64,000 bases of DNA. It comes from Botryllus schlosseri (Eukaryota). Shown piece by piece: positions 13,351 to 23,986 of this stretch. Location: contig CM119376.1 in assembly GCA_051294905.1 (NCBI GenBank), positions 17,360,001 through 17,424,000 on the forward strand, in the 5' to 3' direction. Positions within the stretch are counted from its first letter, which is position 1. Each line of letters begins with the position of its first letter. The notes below the pieces were generated by a model. It saw nothing but the letters and a program-made list of their open reading frames with translations, searched no databases and had not been told where the DNA came from. The translations under genes and the position numbers were made by a program.

Positions 13351-16300
13351 ATGTCGTTCTTCCAAAGAATAAAAGAGAGATATGAGGATATTCGCAGATG
13401 CGATAAACTTTTCGATGATTTAATGGAACACCGTGCTTTACTGATTCGTGGTAAAGACATCGAATCGATAATGAAGTCTATGAATATCTCAGAGGAGTAC
13501 ATCTCCGCTGTGAAATCGTCCGAAGCATTTCAAAGATATATGGATGAGAGGCCAATCCTGAACTCAAGCGATCAACAGAACACTCAATTTTTGTCCGATA
13601 GTTGTTTAGTTGACAGAACGTGTCTCGACGATAAGTTAAAGAATATTTGTGAACAGATTCGATATCATTGTGACAATTATGGAAGAGAAATAAAGAAAAA
13701 CCTGTACGAAACGGGGAGACAATTTCAGAGATTGGGGCAGTTGCACATCACCATGGCAACGACCGAAGTACGCTCGGCCATGAATCAAAAATTGGATTTC
13801 ATCAGGGCGGCAGTGCTTTTGAATGCAGCGATTGTTAGGTTTGAGATCGTTGGCAAATGTTACGATAAAATGAAAGCAACAGAAAACTTCCACGATTTAC
13901 TTAAAAAGATTTATGAGCTGATAAAATTCAAAGGTGACGACTGTAACATGATTCAATTCTGCCACGAAATGAAGCAGGAGATTCTAAAGTTAAGAGCTTC
14001 GGAACAGGCGAGTTTGGGTCGTGTGAAGAAATTGCGATGTGCAAACGATCAAGATTTTGAATCAACGGGAAAATCTGAATGCTCCGAGATTAAGAAAATA
14101 ACCGAAAATAATTCGAAAAATTATCGACGCATCATGGTAAAAATTTTAGAAAGATGCCGGGAAATTATGGGGAAGCCCCCCTGTGAATTCGCCATTGCTG
14201 GTCTCGGTTCATTAGCTAGAGATGAAGTAACGCTGTCGTCAGATTTCGAACATGTAATTATTTTGGATGACAAGGTGGTCGTTGCGGAGGATATCCGAGA
14301 GTACTTCAGATGGTTCTCCATTCTCTCATGCCTTGTTGTCATCGGATTAGGAGAAACAATCGTTCCTAATGTTGATATCAGATATCTTTGTGATCATTAC
14401 TCCTCGTACGAAAGTGAGAAATGGTTTAGAGACGAGTACACTCCATGCGGATTATCATTTGATGGAATGATGCCGCACGCATGCAAAACTCCTATAGGAA
14501 GACAGAGACCAACCAAAAATAAAAATAATGCTGTTGAACTCATCCAGACCGCATCTAACATGGCGAAATACATGACATCAAGCGAACAATTGAAAAATGG
14601 ATACATGCTGCACGACGTCCTTGGTACCACCTGCTACGTTTATGGTAATGAAGATGTCTATGATTGTTTTCTTGCACAATGCCAAAATAACAAACAAACC
14701 ATGCACGGAGACATTCTACGCGAGCAGCAATATGACCTGCTTAGATTTGGTAAAAGTGCGGAATTTCATAGAAGTTATTATATTGATGTCAAAAAGAAGT
14801 ACTATCGACCAATAACTGTCCTTCTACACGTTCTTGCAAATCACTTCCATTTAACCCAACAGAACAGCTTTAGTATTCTCGATGACTTGAAGCGTCAAAA
14901 TGTTATTGACGCAAGCATATATGATGAATTATCGCATGCAGTGGCAATAGCTTTGGATATTCGCATGCGTTTCTATCAGACTAGAAACGGACAACGGAAT
15001 AACATCGAACTCAAGGATCTGAGCAGAATAATGGGAACGAAACGTATGGTACATCTTGAGATCGCCACCTATTTTCTTGAAATTGGAGTCAAAGATCTAA
15101 TGTACAGGTCGCACGTATCGAGAGAAGATTGTATGAATTTGCGTTTCCCCAGAAGAGATTCTGACATTCGATACGACGAGCGTTGTATTTACGAGAAGTC
15201 ATATCGCGAAGACCACGGATCTTTGATTTTTGATATCCTTGGAGAAATAAAGAATCTTTTACATCAATACGAGACTAAGAAAATACTCCCGGCGACGGCT
15301 TGCCAATTCATAACCGTACAAATCGTGGTGCTACATGACTGCTCAATAGCACTGGATAGAGGCGCCAACCCGTTTCCGAATTTACGTGATTTCACCCCAA
15401 ATTTAGAGCCTATTGTGAACGACCTCTTTGAATGGTCATATGAGATACTTTGCAAGTTCGAAGCAGGCATCCAATATTTCATTAGTAAGATAGATATCCT
15501 ATATAGACACGGGCAATACCACGCGGCAAACAAATATCTTAACCAATGTGTGCTGGAGCTGTGTTGTGATAAACAGAAATGTTCAGATCATTATTTAGAT
15601 TTAGTAGCAGGATGGGAATTTGAATTAAAGTTGGTGATCCTTTCACCGAGGGAAGCAGTAGAGTATTTTGCAGCAGCTGCATCTGAACGACGCAACCTAA
15701 CTGATTTCACACAAACATTGTATCTCATTGGTATGATAAAGGCTAAAATATTATGCGGGCCGAAGATATACGACCCGATATGTCAAGTTTCAACTTTGAA
15801 AGGTATTGGACGGCAAGTCAATTCACTCACACATCGTCTTAATCCACTCCAATATTGGAAGATATTGTCGACTATCTGCATTATTTTGATTGATAGCAAT
15901 CGAGGTTTCGATTCTTTGGAATTCTTCCGATCGATCGTCAATATGGCGGACAAACGGCGGGCAAACGATAGTAAACCTTTGAATGATTTTGGGAAGAGTA
16001 TCAACTCGTCAGCACATTATAAATATGACTATGGCATAATTCGGAATACCGGAAGACATGCCAATTTCACTTTCGCAAAATACGAGTACACAAGGCCTCT
16101 GGTTATGAAGGAAGTGGAGGTCAAATATCATCACGCGTTGCAGATATTCTCGTCGGCATCGTACAGCGATATGCTGATGCTGATTGAATATATCATGGAT
16201 ACAGATCTCGGTTACAAGGAAGTGCCAAGCGAATACGTGGACATGACGGTTAAAACTACCGAGGGTATTGCGGTTATGACAATGTGCGAAAATATCAGAG

Positions 16301-16998
16301 TTAGTGACTACAGTGTTTTAATAAAACTGTTCAACTCCACCTCAGCTGGTACGATGAAGAGTATTCTACTCCAGCCATTCATTTACGCTTGTCTCAAGGA
16401 TTTCTTCGCAAGTTCGTTAATAAATCGAACACTGATTATAAAGCAAAAAGCCATATGCGAAAGTATTTTTCTCTGTTCAAGTTTTGCCGTTAATGATTCA
16501 TTTAAAGCTGCTGTATCAGATTACACAAATTTTGAATTTCGCGAAAGTGCCAAAAAGGTTTGGAAGATGCTTCAACGTGTCAATTGCGCTTGTAGTGAGA
16601 CGAAGACAAAGTTTTTTCTCATGTGCGTGCTAACCATCATGATTGAAAGAAAACGAAAGCGGCCCTTTCCTCATTTGCGAAAGTGTAGGGAATTATCTCT
16701 CGTACAGGCTTCTCTGTGGCATCTGTCAACTCATAAAGCCCCGGGTAATCATTACAAGATGTTGCCAGGGGTGTCACGACTCTACGAACAGGGAAATGAT
16801 TTTCTCGTGGCAGTATACAATCTTGCAGTGGACGCATCCGTTTTTGAGTTTAGAAGCTGCTGTGTATTGAGTTGGCAGCTGATCCATACACGAAAATTAC
16901 GGCATCGATTGCTACGGCGTTGCATGCTGTTGTTATTATATACAGTGGAGGTAGCGTACGGCGAAGCCCGCGAATATAGTTACGTACATAGATCATAA
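13351..16998 (+). CDS. Intact intronless 1215-aa protein (copy B): helical N-terminus, DUF294/GlnD-like nucleotidyltransferase, DUF294_C-like helical domain, long helical C-terminus
   Basis: Uninterrupted ATG-to-TAA ORF. Motif IAGLGSLARDEVTLSSDFEHVIILDD (14200-14270) fits the Pol-beta hG[GS]x9-13Dh[DE]h signature. DVKKKYYRPITVLLHVLA...LDDL...I...ELSHAVAIALDIRMRFY (14785-14976) resembles DUF294_C. Two paralogues are in the window. Confidence 0.9.
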   Translation: MSFFQRIKERYEDIRRCDKLFDDLMEHRALLIRGKDIESIMKSMNISEEYISAVKSSEAFQRYMDERPILNSSDQQNTQFLSDSCLVDRTCLDDKLKNICEQIRYHCDNYGREIKKNLYETGRQFQRLGQLHITMATTEVRSAMNQKLDFIRAAVLLNAAIVRFEIVGKCYDKMKATENFHDLLKKIYELIKFKGDDCNMIQFCHEMKQEILKLRASEQASLGRVKKLRCANDQDFESTGKSECSEIKKITENNSKNYRRIMVKILERCREIMGKPPCEFAIAGLGSLARDEVTLSSDFEHVIILDDKVVVAEDIREYFRWFSILSCLVVIGLGETIVPNVDIRYLCDHYSSYESEKWFRDEYTPCGLSFDGMMPHACKTPIGRQRPTKNKNNAVELIQTASNMAKYMTSSEQLKNGYMLHDVLGTTCYVYGNEDVYDCFLAQCQNNKQTMHGDILREQQYDLLRFGKSAEFHRSYYIDVKKKYYRPITVLLHVLANHFHLTQQNSFSILDDLKRQNVIDASIYDELSHAVAIALDIRMRFYQTRNGQRNNIELKDLSRIMGTKRMVHLEIATYFLEIGVKDLMYRSHVSREDCMNLRFPRRDSDIRYDERCIYEKSYREDHGSLIFDILGEIKNLLHQYETKKILPATACQFITVQIVVLHDCSIALDRGANPFPNLRDFTPNLEPIVNDLFEWSYEILCKFEAGIQYFISKIDILYRHGQYHAANKYLNQCVLELCCDKQKCSDHYLDLVAGWEFELKLVILSPREAVEYFAAAASERRNLTDFTQTLYLIGMIKAKILCGPKIYDPICQVSTLKGIGRQVNSLTHRLNPLQYWKILSTICIILIDSNRGFDSLEFFRSIVNMADKRRANDSKPLNDFGKSINSSAHYKYDYGIIRNTGRHANFTFAKYEYTRPLVMKEVEVKYHHALQIFSSASYSDMLMLIEYIMDTDLGYKEVPSEYVDMTVKTTEGIAVMTMCENIRVSDYSVLIKLFNSTSAGTMKSILLQPFIYACLKDFFASSLINRTLIIKQKAICESIFLCSSFAVNDSFKAAVSDYTNFEFRESAKKVWKMLQRVNCACSETKTKFFLMCVLTIMIERKRKRPFPHLRKCRELSLVQASLWHLSTHKAPGNHYKMLPGVSRLYEQGNDFLVAVYNLAVDASVFEFRSCCVLSWQLIHTRKLRHRLLRRCMLLLLYTVEVAYGEAREYSYVHRS

Positions 16999-18231
16999 GG
17001 TTTCAGAAAAGCATATAAATCACATTAAAAATACTAGAAATGGATAATGCTGATATTATGAATATCCATTTGTAAGTTTGGACAATCGTGTTTGTAATCT
17101 TCCAGGCTCCGAGCGGCAACTAAATGAATTATCTGGGATCTGGTAATGCTACCCCAGCCACTCGCCACAGATCTCGTGGCAAGGGGTTTGAGAGACGATT
17201 TCGCGAGGCCATAATATGCGTGCGCAATTTAGAAGTTCAATTCTTAGTTTAATAAGCACTTTAGTGGATTTGATCTGCGCATTTGATTTGCCTACATTCC
17301 CATAGATTTTCCGATTTTGTTTTCCGTCATTTGGTCACGATGGCTAACATTTTATAGCTTTGTTAGCGTTGGCGTGAGAGTTAAGAAACCTGAATCCTAA
17401 ATGCCGCGAAGACGAACTGACTATGAGCATTGAGCAACTGAAGCAATTTTTTGGTACATGGCTGGTTTCCACTCTATTTTGTATGTGTATGAATATGTTT
17501 TACACAATTCTAAGACACCGTATATTGCTATTTTCTTGTTCTTTTTGTCCTCAATCCGTAGACATTTCAGTTCACCACAACACAAGGGACTGTATTTTTT
17601 TTAATTGCTGCTGAGCTATCGGAGATGGGCGGATTGAATATTATTTCACATCTATCCCAGACATCAGCTTTCAATCCAAGTTTAAATTTTGATCCCAAGT
17701 TGATTTGGTATTACGTATTATCATGTTCGAATACAAGTGAACATCGCACAAAAATTCAATATTTTTCGAAACTACGTGTAGAAAAAGGCTGCCAAAATTC
17801 ATAGACCGAAAATTTGCCGAAATCTATAAATCGATCCTCAAAGACGAAGAAATGCGATTTCTCATGCCGAACATATAGCATTCAGTCAGTCATCTTTCTT
17901 CGCGACTTGTTTTTATCCACGATACGATAGAAATCTATTTAATCTCATTGTTACGATTTGTTTTTGTGGAGCTGTTGCTAAAATAGCTCGTCCCCGTGGA
18001 TTTATCAAATGTTGCCTTTGGTGTTACTTTTTAATTTTATAGTGGATGCTGCATAGACGAAGTTGTATATACATACATACACACATGTAGGCCCTACATA
18101 TATACAAGGCGTTCTGCATTCTCACGACTGATGCGTTTGTTCTTTCATTTATACTTCCACGGTCTCTACTGGCCCAAATTCGCTTGCATTCACTTTCTTT
18201 GTGGTGAATAGTGTGTTATTACTTGATTACC

Positions 18232-18234
18232 TGT

Positions 18235-18268
<34 letters not shown>

Positions 18269-18533
18269 GTTTGTAGTACTCGTGGTGTTTGTCGACAACT
18301 ATGGTCATTTACACCAGGCCAATTTTTATCATGTTTATCTCGTAGCTGCCGACTTGCAGCACTGCCCACTTCTGGGCTTTTATAAGGCACCGCTTACACG
18401 GATGAGATTGCGAGGAGGAGTCTACATAAACCTCCAACACTTGGATGGGAATTCTGGAGTCGACCTCGGTCGGACTCGAACTCGCAATCCCTTGGTGTTG
18501 CGGCTGTGGATTATACCACTATGCTATCTCGCC
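18232..18533 (-). mobile_element. Near full-length tRNA-derived SINE with an (AAC)n tail
   Basis: Minus strand: A box TAGCATAGTGG (18526-18516), B box GAGTTCGAGTCC (18483-18472), body, then an (AAC)n tail at 18273-18232. Related body fragments at ~28950-29080 and ~9030-9080. Confidence 0.8.
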
Positions 18534-20894
18534 ACGACCTTGATTAGCTGTCTCTCTATATATTGTGTCGCTCCAAATTTGTTGTTTCTCGGTAGCTTAG
18601 TTGCTGGCATAGCTGTATTGCGTATATTGCTCGTTTTCAGTTAATGAAAGCATTGGTTAGTCAGTGTAATAAAGGTCATCACAATGACATGCTTGCATTT
18701 AATTTCTTTAATCTTTTTTTAAATATAGAGTACTTTTTTGTATAAATTTGCAAGTTGAATCTTGTTTACCATTAATAACAGTGTAACTACATGTTGTACC
18801 TTGTAACCATGCGATGTTACCAATGCACTACATCAGTGTTTCCTAAACCTTTTTCACATAACGCCCTCTTTGACCAGTAATCCAGCAACAAAAATTTGTT
18901 TTGTTTATTATACTCTCACAACGACCTTGTCGCTCATGGCACTTTTAGCTTAATATAATTCATAGGCAACACACTACACGTTATTTCAAAGTCCGAACTC
19001 TGTAGAAATCTCAGGACAGACACAATCAAGGAATGAAATCGTACATTCCATTTTCATTTTAAATGTCACTGTACTTCACTGCCGTGAATTAAGTTCCTAA
19101 TAATTCATCATATACTCGTCGTACAGGTGTTTATACACATGTGTACCATAAGTCACGCTGGCTGAGAATTCTGTTCGTTATGGTAGAAGTAGATATGTTA
19201 GAAAACTCTATATTGCATGCCAATGAACATCTATGGATAGCGATGATTACGATTTCAGATTGAATACACCTTGTACAACAGCGAACGACGTATATAGGGT
19301 TGCAATTAAAACAAAAATCAATTCAAAACAAACATGTTTAAAACAAGGCCCTAGTTTAAAACATGTTTTTTATTGTTTTTATGATTTTTTAAAAGCCATG
19401 ACGTCACGAATAGTCAATTGTGACATTGACATTGACAATTGAAAATATAGGGTAAATATAGCTCCTTTTACGAAATATCTACGCACTATTGCTGTTGAAC
19501 CGACTATTTTGAGGGTTCCAACCATCCCATATCGACATACGTCGGCTATATCTGGTGGGAATTGTCCGTAGGCTCACACAACATGTTTTTTGGAAAGCAT
19601 TTACACATTTATGGCATAATTTTACAACTTAAAAAAAATTTCACCTACAATTGTCACAGTATTATTTCTACGTTGTCGCGGAGTCATGAAGAGGCATATT
19701 CCAATGATATAAGTATCGGAGCCTATGAAGAGGTCTATACGAGTCTACAACGTGCATTCCATGACGATCATCTTCAATCTGTTTGCCATGGTCGTATATG
19801 ACATCTGCTAGAATGATAGGATTTTGTTTTCAATTTTTAATACCATGTCTTTCATCCCAGCTGGAAGTCAGTACGAGTACTCCCTGTAAGTGACATTCAT
19901 ATATCTGTAATTTCTCAAATAAAATCATGTAAATGTGTTCTTATTGCTAGCTCCCAATATATGTTATCCAAACATCAGGCGTCAGGCTGTGACCTGTGAC
20001 TTAAAGCAGAAAGAGCATGACTTCCAACTATCCAGGTCTCATTTGAAGCTCAAATCGAGAGTCCAATAGAATAGGTTTATAATCACTGCAATGATGTCTC
20101 ATCGATAATTGGGTGGTCGAAACCGCCGATTTCAAGAACGATTTGGAGTAGGCCTACTTAGCAATCCGTCTAAGAAGCTTTTCAGAATGTTCTAGAACAG
20201 GGGTTTAAACCTGTGGTCCACAGGAGCATTTTGAGGTGGGCCACGGAGCTATTTGGAAAATTGTGGATGTATGGTGAGTGGTGAGTTTATTTATAATCGT
20301 TATATTTACGACATTTTTTTTATGTAAAAAACTTAATTTTGACCAAATTTTGACCTAACGTATTAGGTGGTTTCCCACATAATGTTAGAATTGTACTACT
20401 TTTATTCCTTTCTGGTTCGAACTGCCTGTCCGTACAAATACGAAGTAGTTCGGCCTGAAAAAACTTTTTTGACTCCAAAACTGACAAATTGTTTCATGAA
20501 AAAACTTGATTTTAACGAAATTTGACCCTATGAAGAATTCCAGTAGTTACATCACGAATTATGGTAGAAATAATTAAAATCTGTTGTAGTGCAACGAGAG
20601 ATACTTTCCTACATTCTCGGGTAGAAAGTGTCGGTCCTTACTAAGTAGCTTGCCAAGAATGGAGAAACATTAGCAGTTGTTGGCTGACAACATCGAAGTT
20701 GTGCGTGCGTATATACTGCTGATGACACAGCGCTTTTCTTCATTCTGACAATGGTGTCAACACAACAATATACTTTACGAGCTCAGTGGGTTACCATTTG
20801 GTTTCCCTGAAGCTCGCGCAGTTTCGAGCACACAAAAAGCTCTAGTATCAACGCATATGTGAAGTACCAGAAATGCTTTTTCATTTCATTAATT

Positions 20895-22155
20895 TTATTC
20901 ATTGTGGCGCATCTCATTCCCAATTGCAATCAGCCCCATTTCTGACACCCTGGAACAGTCAATGTCAAGTACCGGATATTCGAACACTGGGCTGTTGAGG
21001 AATGCAATTGATGTCTCTATGGATGAGATTTTGGGAATGGCGACTATGTAATCAGTAAAAATTTTGAATCTCGGATGAGAGACGTCGGTATGCCCTGCAT
21101 AACTGGGATTAGGGTTGCATTTAAAACAAACGGTGTTTCAAAACACTTTGTTTAAAACATGTGTTTTAAAAAAAGGCCTTTTCAGAAAAAATAAAATTGT
21201 TTTTCTTTTAAGCTGTAAAATTATGCCATAATTGTGTCAATACTTTACAAAAAACATTCTTTTGAGCCTGGACAATTACCATCCGATGTAGCCGACATAT
21301 ATCGATAGGGGATGGTTGGAACCCTCATAATAGTCAGTTCAACAGCAATAGTACATATATTTCGTCAAAGGAGCTATTTTTACCCTATGTTTTCAATTGT
21401 CAATATCAATCCACTATGACGTCACAATTGAATATTCGTGACGTCAAGGCTAAAAAAAACATAAGAAACAATAAAAAACATGTTTTAAATTAGGGCATCG
21501 TTTTAAACATGTTTGTTTCAAATTCATTTTCGTCTTGAATGCAACCCTAACTGGGATAGGGCACAGCAATTCTTCAACATATCAGGAATTATGCTCGCTG
21601 CCAGTCCCAGACCTGTCTAGTCAACGTCTACTTTGAACTGCGTACTTACAGGCTACATACGATGTATAAGCGACATTTCAGTTACTTCACATAAGTGTTG
21701 ATGCTATGCTTTATATGCCCGAAAACCTTGCAAGCCTCAAGAAAACCAAATGGTAACTCACCAAGTTTATAAAGAACACTAGTCATCTGGGTGTCTTTCA
21801 ATATCACCTCAAACCCCTGGTCAAAGTATAATTGAAAACATCGGCGTTCTACTAGGACGCATGAAGACAATTAAATGGTTGTCACTGAATATGGAGAATG
21901 ACGTGAAGAGAAGACGATAACTTTTGATTGGAGGAAAAATTGTGATGATTGTAATGAACCAAAGGCGAGATTCCTCAAGCATCCTATCGTTTCATGAACC
22001 GAGTTCACTACATATAATGAAGCATAATCTAATTCCACTGAAAATATAATTTTTTTCCATAAGTCACAATTCACTTGCCAGAGGATGAAAGGAGTGCTGA
22101 AAAGCGAATAATATGATATCATGATATTACAATGCATTGTGAAGAGTACAGTCAC
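20895..22155 (-). pseudogene. Degenerate coding-like segment, possibly a STAND-NTPase/NLR-like remnant, interrupted by a MITE
   Basis: ORFs 21871-22155 and 21682-21870 are one frame broken by a single stop (~158 codons). Motifs VIVFSSRH and KLGELPFGF resemble NB-ARC sensor/GxP regions. A downstream piece, VLDIDCSRVSEMGLIAIGNEMRHN, is LRR-like. Judged by eye only. Confidence 0.3.
21110..21549. mobile_element. Complete hAT-type MITE
   Basis: TIR TAGGGTTGCA...TGCAACCCTA; perfect TSD ACTGGGAT (21102-21109, 21550-21557). Confidence 0.9.
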
Positions 22156-22423
22156 AAATTTCGTCTGGATTTCGTGAAATCTACACAGAGGTGGTCAGTA
22201 ACGAAGTACTTCTACTTTTTCGAAGTACTCAAGTAGTTTTCCTCTACTTCTGGTACTTACTCAAGTAGATCTTTTTTTCGCTACTTTTACTTCTACTTCA
22301 TAATATTTTGTGAATTACTTACTTACTTTTCGCTATTTTCAGTTTGTCAAGTAGAAGTAGTTTAATCTCCCAATAACAAAAATAGCCTAAGGCATTTCGG
22401 GGCTGTTTTCACGTAGTACCAAC

Positions 22424-23986
22424 CAGAGTTGGATCAATTACAATTACAATTACTTCCTTGCATGTTTCAATTACATTACAATTACAATTACTCAATGCTA
22501 AAAATATCAAATTACAATTACAATTACAATTACTGTTAAACATGTAATAATTACAATTATAATGACAATTACAATTACTTTTAAACAGGTAATTGCTTCA
22601 GTAAAGAGGTGTTATTTGACAACCGTAGCGACGTAATTAGCGACAATATCAAGCCATTCATGTTTCATTCCTGATATGTAGAATACCCTTTAATTAAAAA
22701 AAACTCGAACGTATTCGAACTATTCCTAATCATGAGTACTGAAAACAACAAGCACAGAAAAATGTATCAAGCGGCTGTTAAGAAACAAAGGTTTGAGCGA
22801 CTAACAGCGGATAGGCTACATGACAGTCAATGAAATGTAATCAAACGATTATGCTACTCAGAGCTGAGTCAGGATAATGAAATATAATTGGTAAGGCGTC
22901 ATCAAGGATGATACCGATAAGGTGTGTAAAATTAAAATAAATGCAAAAGGAAAGAACCTCCTGATAACTAAGAATTACAATATTTTGGTTCGCATTTACA
23001 TTTTCACTTGCTCGGAAACTGTTCGATTGCATTTGATTAACATTAGGGTGCGAAAAGTGTCTGGCCCCAGTAAATTTGGCCAAGATTGAAGGTAAGATTG
23101 GGATAACATCTCAACAAACGCGTGATCAAGTTTGATGAAGCCTTGGTTGGAAACTTGATTTTTTTTGCTATTGTTGCAACAAGCCTCGTTACTGGTCAGA
23201 GTTTATTTGCTCTTTATCTATTTTCGAAATATTAAGATTTAATTTAGCCCACTGGTTCTCCAAATTTTTTAGACACGCCCCTGTTTATGACAGTGAATAT
23301 TTTGTGCCCCCCTTATCGTCATAGCACACAATGAAACCAGAAAGTTAGCAATCCTTACATATAGTTTGATGGTATGGAAGGTTATGACTGTTGACGAGAG
23401 AATTCTCCAATACGAAATTCAGACTATACACCGAGCAATAACCATAAAACAGAGGTGAATCGGGCCAAGCGCGGAAAAGATTTCAGTTCACTGGAGCGTC
23501 GCGCCCCGTTCAGATGCTTTCACGCCGACCAAGGGGGCACGCCCCCAGTTTGAGAACCACTGGTTTAGCCTATATTGTAATTCACAAAGTTTTCTGTTGC
23601 TAGTGAAGTATGGGAAACAGTTTAGCGTGACTGAATTATCTAGTTATAGTACAGCACGCATAGAACACCGATGTAAATAGGCTAATTATTACATGTGGTG
23701 ACTGTTAACTAAGTCCTTAAGGCCCCTCGTCGTCATCCTGGTTCGTTCCGGATTTTCACTGGAGCGACGAATACATGATTGATTAAATGATTACTTTATG
23801 TTGTGATTGTCAGGTTTCGATGAAAATGTAATTGAGATTGTAATTGAGCAAAATTTTGATCAAATTACAATTACAATTACAATTACACAAAATAGAAATG
23901 CTCTAATTACAATTACAATTACAATTACATTAAAAATGTAATTATTACATTCAGCTCAATTACAAATTACAATTGATCCAACTCTG
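22424..23986. mobile_element. hAT-type element with (ATTACA)n subterminal repeats, nested in 22186-25001
   Basis: TIR CAGAGTTGGATCAATT...AATTGATCCAACTCTG; perfect TSD GTACCAAC (22416-22423, 23987-23994). Confidence 0.9.
23250..23562. mobile_element. hAT MITE nested within 22424-23986
   Basis: Ends CACTGGTTCTC...GAGAACCACTG; TSD ATTTAGCC/GTTTAGCC (7 of 8 match). Confidence 0.8.

Noticed and set aside
14941-15000. HEPN RNase motif (Rx4-6H) in the helical domain, implying an MNT-HEPN toxin
   Set aside because: An R-x5-H appears only in disrupted copy A (RCSQTRH); B and C have RFYQTRN, so nuclease activity is unsupported.
18201-18644. 147-aa hydrophobic poly-Leu ORF
   Set aside because: It is the antisense of the SINE and its (AAC)n tail, and it has a non-ATG start.
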